Of a stretch of DNA of 64,000 nucleotides, positions 49,962 through 62,800 are shown in pieces. How positions within the stretch are numbered: position 1 is the stretch's first letter; every line of letters starts with the position of its first letter. Made by a program: the position numbers and the translations under genes. The stretch comes from Podarcis liolepis (Eukaryota): the NCBI GenBank assembly GCA_965112155.1, contig OZ218099.1; one strand, given 5' to 3'. The notes beneath the pieces were generated by a model, which saw only the letters and a program-made list of their open reading frames with translations, had not been told where the DNA came from and did not search any database.

Positions 49962-52900
49962 CTGTAAAATGGATAAGCAAGCATGTTGGAAAGCTGCCAC
50001 TGCATGTCAGCTACCACTGGGAATCTGAGTAGTATCAATTTTCCTGCTACAAATTTAGCATGCCATTATTTTTTTCAATGGCAGTGGGAAGCAAGCAGGA
50101 AGGTCTAAAATGTGTTTCCCTTTTAGTATAGTGATTCCAGATCAATGACAAGTTCCTGCAATAATCTCGGATTATACTGAACATGAGGACTTAAATGACA
50201 ATGCAGCCATCTTTTTTTAAAAAAATGAGGGAATGATGCAGGGATTTAAATTCAGTGTGGTCAAGCTTCTCCACCCCCTTGTGAGACAATGCTATGAAAG
50301 ATCATACTTATCTTGCCGTATTACAGCAATCTGTCCAGGATTACTGCAAATAGCTCATTTAGCCCAATCCTATGCACATTTACTTGGAAGGAAGCCCCAT
50401 TGCGTTCACAGGACTGAAGCCTTAGGAATGTATTTGGGGGAGCAGGGGGAGAAGAATGGTGGTGTTGAGAAAGCAAATCATACTAGAAGGCACAGGAGTA
50501 TCAGTCTGAAGAGGGAAAACAGGCAAGGTTGAAGGTAAGATGGTGAATGCAAGTAAGGGACAAGGTAACAGGCCCCCTCCAAAAGAAGAAAGGAAACAGA
50601 GAAGTTGAGTTGATGGCTCATTAGTTGCCTATATATGCTCTCCCTTGTATCTTCTCTCCCTTCTCCCGGTCCTACCTCCATTCCAGAGCCAAAACAAATT
50701 ACAAATTAGCTCTTTAAAACACTATCCTAGCCACACAGAAGAGTCCCTTGTGGCAAGGTAGGCTTACGTTTAAAGGACGCCTTTTAAGTTTATTCATTGA
50801 AAAGAGCAGTCAAGAACTGTTTTCCAATTGAAAAATGTTACTGACAGGTCGCATAGGATGGGACACCCAGGAATTGAGGAAGGAGGGGAGGGAAACAGGG
50901 TTGAAGGGACATTCCAGACAAGAGATAATTTAAAGAGGTACCAAGTTTATAGTACCTTCTAACACTAGAAAATGCAAGAACATAAACCCTTCCCAAATTT
51001 CTTTTAGGATATTTTTACTCCCATATTTTGAGATGCACAAAATGAAATTAAATCCCAAATTCAAAACAAACAAAAAACAAAGTTTCTTCAAGAGTGTCCA
51101 ATACAAAAACATTCAACTATCATTCATGGGTTTTTGTATTGCATTAGTCTTCCAGAAAATATCTTTTCTAATAATATTCCCAAGCTTTATTCATGCATGG
51201 AACAAAATGCACAACTGCCAAGTCAAGCAAAATATTTGCTGATATATGTTAGGGTGCATTTACGTTACAAATGTGCAATGAATGCAGAGGTTAATCTTGT
51301 TAACCATGTTTTGAATATGCCTGAAAATTAAGTGTAGAGCTGCAATCCTAAACAGATATACTAGAGAGTAAGTATCAGTACAGTGTGACTGACTTCTGCA
51401 TAAGTATGCATAAGATTGTGCTACAGAAAGATCACTGAATCTGGGCAAGTTTTTGTTCAGAAAGATTTTTGAGAAAAGTAGCCATTTCCACTGTCAAACT
51501 TGTCATGTTAAAATGTATCAGTAGCTTATAGTATATGAACTATAACTAAACACTTAAGGCTGTTTAGTTAAGGCTGTATAGTTAAACACTATAACTAAAC
51601 ACTTAAGGCTGAAGGGGAGAAACTAATTCGAACAGGTACTTCTTCACGTACAATAGCAGTAGTGACAATGTAAAATACATTTTCAGTATTTGAAGATGTT
51701 ACTGGATGTTCCAACCGTTCTTATTTATTTCTTAGTGCATTAGTATTCTAACTTGACTTGTTTTTTATGCTACGAAAAGACTGTTTAAAGAATGCACATA
51801 GGATTCTGCCTATGGAAACGACAAAAACTACACTATTAATTGGATCAAGACTTGAAATCAGCAGCGTTCTGCTCACATTGGAGGAAGATGGTGGAATTTT
51901 CACCAATTCCTCCTTCCTTCTGTATCTCCTGTTGTTGCTGTTCCTGTGCTAGGTAGTTTCCGCTGCTTTACCAATCACGTTTATACTTTTCAGAATAACT
52001 ATTGGAATTTCATATTGTATATTTTAAGATCTCAGAGGTTTCACTATTAAGACAGGCAACTTGGCCAGTAGCACTGAAGCCAAACTAGAAGAGTTTCATG
52101 AATTTGAAAAACATATCTTTGTATAAATGGCCACATATGTCACTGGCACTAGATGTAGCTTTTATGAAAAGTTAACCTTTTTTCAGTCAGCTGAGGTGAC
52201 TTAAGAATCCTGGTAATGCTAGAATCCTAAGTAGTGTTTAAACACAACAGCCTTTTAAACAGGGGTGGAGGTGGAGGAGTATTCTTTTTGTTTGTTACTA
52301 TGCATTTTTGTGTTTTTATATTGTAAACTGTGCTGTGATCCTCAAATGAACAGCAGTATAGAAATTTTTATAAATAAAAAATAAAATAGACTACAGTAGT
52401 TATTATATACTAGCAAATTTTCAAACACACTTCCCACATAGGTCCAAGTTTCTGTCTTCAACCATATAGGCCTGAAATTATTCCAATTTCAGAATGAAGC
52501 TATATGGCCCGGCCAAAAAGTACTTGTGTATGTGAGTACCACCAAATCCTCTCCCTGTCTGCAACACAGTCTGTCTTTAAATTCTAGGGGTACAATTGAT
52601 GGCAAGAAAGGGAGGACACCATAGGTGGCACCATGGATTTGAACTTTTTTTGCACTGACAGATAATTAAACCCTATCTTTGAATTTATTAATTCATTTTA
52701 TACTGTCCTTCAATGAAAGTTTACTGATTCCATCTGGTAATTACCACTTGGCAAGGTAACAACTGAAGTGTATTTCTTTTGCACTCAGTCAGTTTTACTC
52801 TATCATTTAGAAATATGCATACATTAATAGCTGCACTGTAATATGTGACTCTACAACTAATGTTTTGAAGAGCTTGTATAGGTAATTAACCAGTTTAATA

Positions 52901-53002
52901 ACAGTTAATTCACCAAAGCAGCTATTTACTTCAAGACAGTAGTCTACTTATACCAAGACATCGCTTATTTTAAAGTCAGTAAAGCTTAGTATCACGTTCT
53001 TA

Positions 53003-53069
53003 GGGTGCAATCCTAAGCATGTCTACCCAGAAGGAAGCATTCCCAGGTAAGTGTGTATAGGATTGCAGC
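53003..53069. repeat. Short palindromic interspersed repeat (gcaatcct...aggattgc); related copies near 35983, 44264, 50361, 51337
   Basis: TGCAATCCTA...TAGGATTGCA inverted ends recur across the window. Confidence 0.6.
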
Positions 53070-53371
53070 TTAAGGAACAAAGACAAGGTGAATTTCTTCC
53101 AACCATGAACTGTTAAACCAATAAATTGTTTTGAAGTATAATATGTATTCATGCCAAAAAAAGGGTTTTACATGACTTCTTGCCAATAAAAATAAATTCT
53201 GGAATATTTTTTTTACTCTAAAAAGCCTGTCAGCTAACTCCAAATTTGTTGAAGAATATATTTTAAATGAAGAGGATTCAGGCAAATTCCATACACAGTA
53301 GACACATGAGTGCAAACAAATTGACAACATGGACATGTGGCTGGCAAGACAGTCATAGTATCTCAATTTAC

Positions 53372-53614
53372 CTGGAAGTGGAATAGGCATGCCAGGAAGA
53401 GGAACACGAAATGGAGGTACCATTACTGGTGGGAAAGCAGGAATTGCTGCTGTTGGCTGAGGTACTGCATGAGGTACTGCAGGAGGCAAAGTCTGTGGGA
53501 CTGGCTGGGGTACAGTCTGCACAGATGTAGCAGAAGGAGCAGAGGTTGAAACACTGACTGAAGGTGTAGCAACTGAAACAGCTGAGCTGGGGGTCTGGTC
53601 TTGTGTTGTAGGTG
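53372..53614 (-). CDS. TCERG1: TCERG1 exon 5 (TPTTQDQTP...GMPIPLP)
   Basis: cag| acceptor, G|GTAAAT donor, 243 nt. Confidence 0.95.
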
Positions 53615-54386
53615 CTGATAAAGAGAACAAACATCCAAAACCCTGTATCATACATGTATAAGCTCCATGTTTAATACGATTCACCAAGATTCCCTTGTAA
53701 ATAATGCCAAGTTCATTATGCTCTCATAAGTAATTTACAAAACTATGCACAGTTTACAGAGAGAGGCCACTTAAGAACTTGCAAGTTATTTCATTTAAGT
53801 ATAAACTTCAATCTTAATGCCAAGATTACCAAGGTGCTCTGCTAGTGGAGTCACCGAGAGGTTTCTGCTGCAAGGATCAAATAATGAAATAATCTCTGCA
53901 GCTGCAAAAATTTACCATACACACGCACACTCACCTCAAACAGCCTAGGCAAATTTCTGAAAATAGCTGATAATGGGTTTTTTCAGCTTTCTTCAAAGGA
54001 TTAAGATTTTATTTCATTTCCACATTTTCCATAAAATGCACCTAACAAACCTCCAGAGCAGTGGCATGAGTTTTCTGTTGATTCATCAAACAGCAAATAA
54101 AGTCATTTGAACAACTGATGTATTAGGAACTTACATTGCTCCTAGTCAAAATAAAGAACAAGGAAACTACACTGTACCATTGCAGAGTGAAGGTACACTT
54201 TGTAATACAAAGCAAAATTTTGAAACATAATGAAAGCACTTCAGCATATGCATGGCCACAGCATAATGCTGATACTGTATATTCAATCTTTCCCTCTATA
54301 ACTCAGACTGTAAGCATTCTAGAATCCTATAGCACCTCCATGTGGTGCAATAATTTAATATTAAACTCAGCAGCAATTTTACTTAC

Positions 54387-54657
54387 TGGAAACTGTTTGT
54401 GAAACAGACGTCGTTGTGGTACTAGTAGACGTTGTAGATGACTGACTATTTGATGATGGAGATGGAGATACTGATGCAGGACTACTAGTAGTAGGTGTGG
54501 AACCACCTACAGCTTGAGCTTGGGCTTGAGCCTGGGCCTGGGCTTGAGCCTGGGCCTGAGCAGCAAGAATTGGTGTCAGTTCAGACTGCTGAATAACTTT
54601 CACTCCATCAGGTTTGGTCCATGCTGACTCACGTGTCCGTGCATTATAGTAATAAAC
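54387..54657 (-). CDS. TCERG1: TCERG1 exon 4 (end of WW1, QA repeat, S/T-rich)
   Basis: VYYYNARTRESAWTKP...(QA)8; tag| acceptor, |GTAAGT donor, 271 nt. Confidence 0.95.
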
Positions 54658-55210
54658 CTACAGGCAAAAAAGACAATTTTATGCTACTGTGCATAACCTA
54701 GTTCTTCCATTCACCTTTCAGATTCCTACCTGTGAAAAACTCTCAAAATCAATATAATCGTTAGAAATTTTTCTTAGTATTCTGAAGGCGTTACAATACT
54801 ACACAACCACCTTAACAAATAAGATTGCTAAGGATGCAAGCCTAATCCCCTGATCAATGCTGCTAGAGGGGGTTGGGATTCTGCAGACGTGTCCATCCAC
54901 TGAACACGATCCTGCAGGGGATTCTGCTGCCATAAAGGTTACCACTGTGCCTGCCAAAACTGTGGGCAGTTGTGAAGTTATCCATGACATGGGGCCCCAA
55001 ATCCTGGCACAGTATGCAGAGCAGGGCCAGCCATGGAACCACTAGGCCCTGGGCCGGTCCTTTTCCCAAAGAGGGGAACAATTCAGACCCCCCTGTGGTG
55101 CCAATCTGAAAACTTCAAACACACACCTTCTGCCTTTCCCAACAGGACTGTTGTATCTTCAATGCAGCAAGACAACAATTATTACTATTGTTACTAGGGA
55201 TAAATCTTAC

Positions 55211-55363
55211 CTTTCCATCTGGAGTTTTGTTTTCTACCCAGATCTCTTCAGTAGGTGGCATTGTTGGTGTTCCAGGGGCAGAGACAGGTGGCATCCCTGG
55301 AGGAAACATCATACCAGGAGGTGGTGGCATATTTCCCATTGGAGGAGGCATGAAAGGTGGTCT
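55211..55363 (-). CDS. TCERG1: TCERG1 exon 3 (RPPFMPPP...EEIWVENKTPDGK; start of WW1)
   Basis: tttgtag| acceptor, AAG|GTAAGA donor, 153 nt. Confidence 0.95.
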
Positions 55364-55641
55364 CTACAAACATATGCAAGAGTAAAAATATTACAAGGGA
55401 TGTTCAAATTCACAGTGCCTTCATAACTAACCAAATCTATCCAGAAATAAGTCCCTATGGGATGTATCCAACTAAATCACTGCATGCACAGAACATCTTC
55501 CCCAAACACAACAGAACTTTCCCAGCCTCTCCTCCCCTTGAATGCCTCCCAGAACTGTTCTGGAGGTTCTCCCAACCATCCAGAGCATATTTGGGGGACA
55601 TGCAGAAAGAGATACTGTCCTCATCTCATACATATTTTTAC

Positions 55642-55867
55642 CTGTAGATGTGGAGGTCCCATAGGTGGAGGAATTCCTCCTGGGGGCGGCATTGGAGGCA
55701 TATTTGGATCAAATGGAGGACGTCCAAAAGGAGGCCGGGGTGGTGGAGGAGGGCCTCGCATCATACCAAAAGGTGGAGGTGGGCGCATAAGAGGTGGTGG
55801 GCCTCTCATGACAGTATTTGGTGGAGGAGCTGGTCCACGAAATCTCAGTGCTTGCTGTTGAGCCATT
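55642..55867 (-). CDS. TCERG1: TCERG1 exon 2 (MAQQQALRFRGPAPPP...GPPHLQ)
   Basis: cag| acceptor, CAG|GTAAAA donor, 226 nt. Confidence 0.95.
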
Positions 55868-58689
55868 CTGTGAGCAAACCAAAATGAACAGTTTTGTCTT
55901 CAAATTATTTGATCAACAGAAGGGAATTGGTGTTACAAGTGAACCAAAACATTGTGACAAAGTTATCATGAACCCCAAACTGTTTGGGAAACTTTGTCCT
56001 CACAGTTTAAATGACTTAGAAAGCAGTATCTAGACTGGGGATACTTCAAATGGAAAGGCACTGCACAAGCTTCCCTCCCACAAGCCTAAATACAAGTCAC
56101 CTCAAACGGAAGGTGCAATACCCACATCTCTCCTGTATTTATATATATCCAAGACATGGACAACTGATTTTAATAAATACCAAAGCACCCAACAGTTTCA
56201 TAATGTGAATGGGTGCACACCACACACTTAGATGGGAACATCTACATCCTTTTCACTTGTAGCCTAAATCAGAATTTGAGAATGCTATCCCCACTGTGCC
56301 ACCCAGCCCTCTACAGAGGTAGCTTAGTAAATGTATATATAGAAAAAACGTTCACCTTTGCAACCAACAAACGCTCTTCTGATGCTCTCAGGAAAACAAT
56401 TTTGCCCACCATTTAGTGCCAGTGCAATACCAATGTTGGCATGATGACTCAAAATTGAAAAAAACAAAGGTTATAAGGTGGTGAACGACAACAGACAAAT
56501 AATTCAACACTTAATATTCAACCTTCTAATTTTGGAAGTTGCATAGCACTAAGGTGTTTAAGAATTCTATTGCTGTATATAACTTGTAAATTTGTGATGT
56601 GACACTCAGCGGCCACTGCCAACTCCACTGAGATGGTCAAGAGCCACATCAGATTTTTTTTTTGATAAAGCTATTAAGAGTACATAATATATGCATATTG
56701 CATGAGTTACAAAGGATGCACATATGTAAGGATTTCAGGTTATGCCTTTAGAACTCAAGCAAGTTTGGGCCTGAACTTTTCCTATCACAGCTCACATGTA
56801 TTTTAAAAGGAAAAAGCCACAATGCAGCAAAGTAAACTGACACAATGTGCATGTATTTTGTACATATAAAATATAAGTCATTTAAAATATATCTTATAAA
56901 TAGGGGTGCCAAGACTGGACACTCTCACTAAGGAAGGTATTCTGCCAGTTCTGGAAAAATACTGTCTACAGAACTGATAGAATTTTATCACAGCACATGC
57001 ATAGGTAATGAGAATTTGCAATTGGCCTCCATTATTTGATAATAATGAACTTGTGAAATGGAAAATATTATGCGGAAAAATAAAGCACTGAAAAGTTTTC
57101 TGCCATGCATTAGTGTATGGGAAAAACTGGTTGCCCACATCTATCCTGGGAAGGACAAATTGGCAGAATGCAAGAGAATGCAAAACTTTTAGTATTTCCG
57201 AGACATATAAGTTATTTCATTTCAATTCATACTGAACATAAAAAGCCTCATCTATAGGTTTCTGAGAGGAGGAAGATCTGCGGCCTGCTAAAGAGCACAC
57301 AGTGTTCTAGTGTGATATGGGTCTTCCTGCCCTCCCCTCTACCTCCAGTATCCACTACTGTTGCCATCTACCCAAAGTCTGGCGTAAGAGGGAGAATAAA
57401 GGCTGGCTACAACTTGGATTGAGGGCTACTTATCCTACATCTCTAAATCCTCACTGCTTTCACCACTGCTGCAATAGAATGGAGAAAGAGCCTGGGCCTA
57501 AGAGTACCAAGTCCACTATATATGCATAGTCAGGCCTTGTTTTGTTTGTCATAATGGGCCATTTCAAAAGGACAATGCCTTTTTCTTATGATGCACAACA
57601 ATTAAATTGGAATAGAGACTGCTGCTATGAACACTAGAAGTTAAAAATACTATCTGGGTAAGTTTTTCCACTACTCTTATGATTGTTGGTATTTGCAGTG
57701 GAATTTCTGGATACAGTGAAAGTCACATTGTACTGCAAATTACCAAAGATACAGTATATGCAAGCAGGGGATCTGGGTGAAAGAGCAAACTGGACACCTG
57801 CACCTTTAATAGAAGTGCAGACGACTTTCACCAGCTGCTGGAATTATTTCTTCTGCATGACTATTGAAGGTGAAGCAGCCCTGTCTTCTTTTTCACGTAG
57901 CGGCGACATCCCACTTTAAACTGGACTGTTTCATATGTTTTAAGTGGAAGAGGGCTGGGGTGGTGGCACATCTTCAATCTCAGTTATTCTGTTTAGTCAT
58001 TAATATGTACATTTTTAACATTTGATTTTTTTACTTGTAATTTCTTAATGTTTACAAATATTTTTCTGTTAATTACGTTGCTTTAAATGGTGGATCTTTA
58101 CTGTATTTCATTTGAAGCTTTGAGGAAAGTTGCAAACTCCTTACAGATTCTTTTTCCAGGAATACAAAGCAGTACAGAAATGACTTTAATAATAAACACG
58201 AAAGCATTTCCATGTATGGAAAATCGTCATGCATGTGTTTTGCTCTGCATCCATATGTTGAGAAGCTGCCATTCAACACAGCTTTCCAACACATGAATGC
58301 CAGAAGCGTACTATGCAAAACACAACCCTATATTAATGTCACATGTCAGCTTCACGGTATTTCCTACGTGGGAACGCTTCCTTATGCAGGACCACTGTTA
58401 GCAAGTGAAGTATTCCTTCTGGTTACTTGGATAAAACTTTAGATGCAATCTGGCCAACCTTCTACGCTTGCATTTCAAGTTTTTCACACACACACAACCC
58501 TGAGGGGCTTCTCCTCCTCAATGCAGTCTATGAACATATGAAATCCCGCCTTACACTTGAGGCAGCCCCTTGCTTCATTTAACTCTGCACAAAATAGATT
58601 TAACATGTATCTGCTGCAGATGCAAGGGTTGTTTTATTTCCTCCCTTGCCTTCCTCAGATCCTCTTTCCTGCTGAAATACTAAGGCCTT

Positions 58690-59830
58690 CCACATGCACA
58701 GAGGCATGCGCTCTCAACTACTACTGAGCCGCGGGCCCCCAGCTGAGGCGCCAGTTCAAGAAGGAACTGGGGAAGAAGGGAACCACGCATCTCCTCCGCC
58801 GCCCGCCCGCCGCTCTTGATACGTCAGCGTGTGTCCGGGAGCCGCCATTGGCAAAAGCCGGCTGCGTGTGGGGGAGCAGCCAACAGACAAAACGGGCATC
58901 CCGTCCCCAAGGCCGTCTCTTTGCCGCCTCCTCCTGAGTTGAAGAGCCGTTGGAAATAAATAAATAAAACAAGCGAGCATGGAGGCGGTACTACTCTGGA
59001 ATAACGGAGGTTAAAGCGGTCGGGGCGCTGAGCGGGAATCTCACCAGGGCAGGAGGGAGGCTTGAGGTGAAGGGCGGGCGGGCGGGGGGGGGCCGAGAGG
59101 GAGCGAAGGCCGAACGGCCGCTTCCGCCTCGAGACGAAAGGACGGAGGGGGGCGGGCCCAGCGCCGCCAAAGCGGAGCGGGAAGGGCGCTCGTGTCCCCT
59201 GCGCTCGCTCGCTCTCCCTCGCGCGCGCGCGCTCACAAAAGGCCTCGTGCTCCTGGCTCCTCCTGCCAACCCCTTCCTTCCCCCCGCCCGCCGCCATTCC
59301 CGGAGGAGGACTTGGCCTTACCTCATCTCATTGTTGTACCGCTCCGCCGCCCCAGCGTCCCCTTCGCCGCCGCCTGCTCCGCCACTCGCGCCGCCGCCAC
59401 CGCCGCCGCCTCCTCCTCCTCCTCCTCGTTCCGCCATCACCAGCCGACTCTGCCGCCGCACACGCCCACCCTCGCCAGGCCTCGCCGCCTCGTCAGTGGC
59501 TGCCAGGTGCGTCAATCACATGACGGCGCCGCGTCACCCTCGCCTCGATTGGTGCCTGTCGCCGCCGATTTTGAATGAGAGGCGGAAAGCGAGTAGTGAC
59601 TGGCTGGTTTGGCTCAAAGAGCATCAAGCGGCGCCGCTTGAACGCGCCCTCCTGCGGCCCGCTCGCTAGCACGTCACGTGACCTATAACCCGGAATTGAC
59701 CTTGTTTACCTCAAAAAAAAAAAAGAAGTCTCTGACCACAGAGATAAGAATTTAAAGGGACGCATCCTATTCTTTTGATATGGAACTTCCGGGTGTATGT
59801 TGGAGAAGCCATTTTTTCAACCTCGCGGGG
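58690..59830. promoter_or_regulatory. CpG island / TCERG1 promoter
   Basis: GC- and CpG-rich against an AT-rich background and contains exon 1. Motifs: E-box palindrome GTCACGTGAC 59673-59682, TCACATGAC 59516-59524, CCAAT box (gattgg) about 59547, ETS ACTTCCGG about 59785, YY1-like GCCATTTT about 59808. Confidence 0.85.
59322..59437 (-). CDS. TCERG1: TCERG1 coding exon 1 (MAER-G12-ASGGAGGGEGDAGAAERYNNEMR)
   Basis: ATG at 59437 inside the CpG island; donor AG|GTAAGG; phase 2 joins exon 2. Confidence 0.9.
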
Positions 59831-62800
59831 TCTGAAGTGAGAGCAGTAAAAGTGATACAGTAAAATCATAATTTTAATGTAGTTCAGCTATGGTGGGGCT
59901 CCATCGTGTCCTCTCCGAAATGGTAGAGACGTTTAGGGTCTTTCTTGCTCAGGACTTATTTCATGCGAAGAGATAATGCGATCTTTTTACCAAAAAAAGA
60001 ACAAATACTTTCAGATTTATTCATTTGATTTATGGCCGTTAACAATTTTAAAACAAATACACTTTATAAAATTTAGAGTGACAATATAATCTGGGATTAT
60101 ATTCTTTGTTTTTTTGCTGCAGCAGATTAACATGCTACTCTTCCATGATTTATAATGTATTTTTAAACATTTTAAAATATAATTGCTATTACAAATGCAA
60201 TCCATTATTAATTAATTAACAAATCATTTCCTAGGAGGTATTTTGAAGCGACCTCACAATACAATAAAAATATAAAACAACTATTGCATATATAAAAGCA
60301 AGCAAAAGCTGTTACAGATAAAAATACAATTTCAAATACTGTAAAATGTTACCCATGGTTAATATTGCTGACTAAAAGTAGGGTTTTAATTTCAAGCCAA
60401 AATACCACTCAGGTTATACCTCTGCTTAAACTGCCATCTCAGGTCCACTCAAAAGCTTGCTCCTCCACTGACTTGCAAGAGAAAGTGTTGTGCTTTTAAA
60501 TGTTCAAAAACAAGAGATCTTTTTGTTGTTGGCATCTGTCTGAAAAGATACCATTTAGAAAAAGCAGGACTTTCTTTGGCTGCTGCTACCTTTCACTTCG
60601 GGAAGTGTAGCCCAATCACAAATATAGTCAGGGTGTTGCTAGCTATGAGTGATTTCTGGTGGCTTGACTAGATGATTGGGGATGAGAAAGAGAGTTGGGG
60701 CTTGTGTGCCGACTCTCTTATTTCAGAGCTCTGAGTGTCTAGTCTGGCCATCTGGACTTATCAATGGATGTTACTTGTAGTTCTTCTCTCTTGTTTTCAC
60801 TAGGGTCTGCTGTGGGATGGCTAGCCACAGTTAGTGTCTGTGGGAGCAGTAGGACCAGCAACATCCTCTTTTTGAAATCATCAGGATGGAATTGCAAAGG
60901 CGCAGGAGTGAAAATTCCAGACCTGGTGGGTAGTGAGAAAACCCTACCAAAACTGGAAGCTGAATCTGTCACATTACACTTTTTGTCTATTGGGTGAATG
61001 GCAGACCATAAATGATAACTTAAACTCTCAGAGAAGTCCTACTATTTTAAATGGGATTGTACTGTATTCCAGAGCCAAGGTTCTAGTTGTCTATTTTTCA
61101 TTGCAAATATAACAAAGAAAAAGAAGAAATGATGTCAGCTCAGGTTAGCAATAAGAACACTCTATCAATCCTGATTTAAATTTGTATATTAATATAGGCA
61201 GTTCATAAATCCAAGCAGACACCCAAACACAATCAAGTATGATTTCAATCAAGTATGATAGGTTATAATTTCAAATGGAGAAAGGCAGTAAGATCTTCAG
61301 ACAGTGACCACTGAGTTATGGATAGTGGGTGTTTATTCTTCTAACCTTGACATATAAGTCTCTCTGCAACCATAAGAGCTTGCAGAATCCACTTCTGTTG
61401 TTGATCGTTACATCACAGGAATATAATTTCAAAGAACCAATGTTAATCAGGTTCTTTCCCCTCCATAGTGTAACTCTTATTTTCACTCTTCCTTTTAGCC
61501 ACTAGGAGATCCCCTTCATCTGCTTTGGTATGTGTAGACAGAATTATCCATCAAGGTAGCAATGCAGATCTTCTGGGGAGTACTTTACAGCTGTCGGTTT
61601 CTTTTGATAGCTTGTCCAGTGGATTGCTTTGAAGATTGACCTGAAAGAGCATTAATGAAATCTCACTTGTTTGCAATACTCATGTCTCTTCTGTGCTAGG
61701 TCTTTTGTTAATGGCCTCGTTTCTTGTCTGCTGCCTAGGAACAAGTAATTAGCCAGCAAACAAGACACCATGTTCTCTCACACATTTTCACTTGCCCCTA
61801 AAGGGTTAGGTTGCACACACACATACATATTAAGCACATGCATTCTCCCCCAAAGAACTTCCCGCAGAGCTACAATCCCTGGCACCCTTAACAAACTACA
61901 GTTTTCAGGATCATTTGGAGAAAGTCATGTGCTTTGAATGCTTGTGTGTACTCAGCCCTTTCAACAAAACTGAAACAACAAACAAAACTGCACAACAAGG
62001 GACCTGTCTGGCTTAGGTTTTCTCTTTTTCGTGTGCTCACTTCCTCTGTAGAGGGTGGAATGCATAAGGATTGGTGGCTGCCATTGCTTTGCTTGGACGC
62101 CCAAGAAGTTGTAGCCCTCCAGACATTGTTGGAGAACAATTCTCATCATTGCTGAGTGACCACAGGCCATGCTGGCCAGTACTGATGGGAGTTGGGGGTG
62201 GTCTGTCAACATCTGCAAGTTCTCCAACCCTGATTTATTCTGCCCCTTAAAACTCAGTGGTAGCTATTTAGAACTGAAATTCATGTCTACATAGTTTACC
62301 CTTTTCTTTTCTTTGCTTGGCCTCACCCTGGGTTCTCTTTCTTGGTCACTTTACAGTACAGCAGGATGCTGGGAGCTGGCCTTCCTATGAATATTTTATT
62401 TGAAAATATATATAATCTTGATTATCTGCCTTTCTTCACAAGCATAAAAAAGTGAAATCAGCATAACCCAATGCCAAATATGTTACTCATTGTAAAACGA
62501 GTCCCTCCTTTGAAAACAAGTGTATGTTCATTTCTAAATAATGATTTGCCTTGTTTTATTCGGAGAAATTCCATGGTTGACTCTGAGCAGCCTCTAGGCA
62601 AGCAGTGTTTCTGGAAGCTGGTTCTTACACTTGTAAGATTGTCTTGGCACAGATTTTGGATGATGCAGGACAGGAGCGGATTATGAATATTCAGGGAGGA
62701 GAAGGAGAGGGAGAAGAAAAAGAAAAAGAAAAAGAAAGGGGGCAGTAAAGAGACGATTCTGCTTGTTAAATGGAAGCCCTCAACTGAACTGTGTTTTGTT

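Noticed and set aside
55457-55903. Gly-rich + strand ORFs
   Set aside because: Antisense read of Pro-rich TCERG1 exon 2
58721-59669. Long Pro/Arg/Gly-rich ORFs (e.g. 59067-59669 +, 58824-59297 -)
   Set aside because: CpG-island artefacts; only 59322-59437 fits the TCERG1 exon chain
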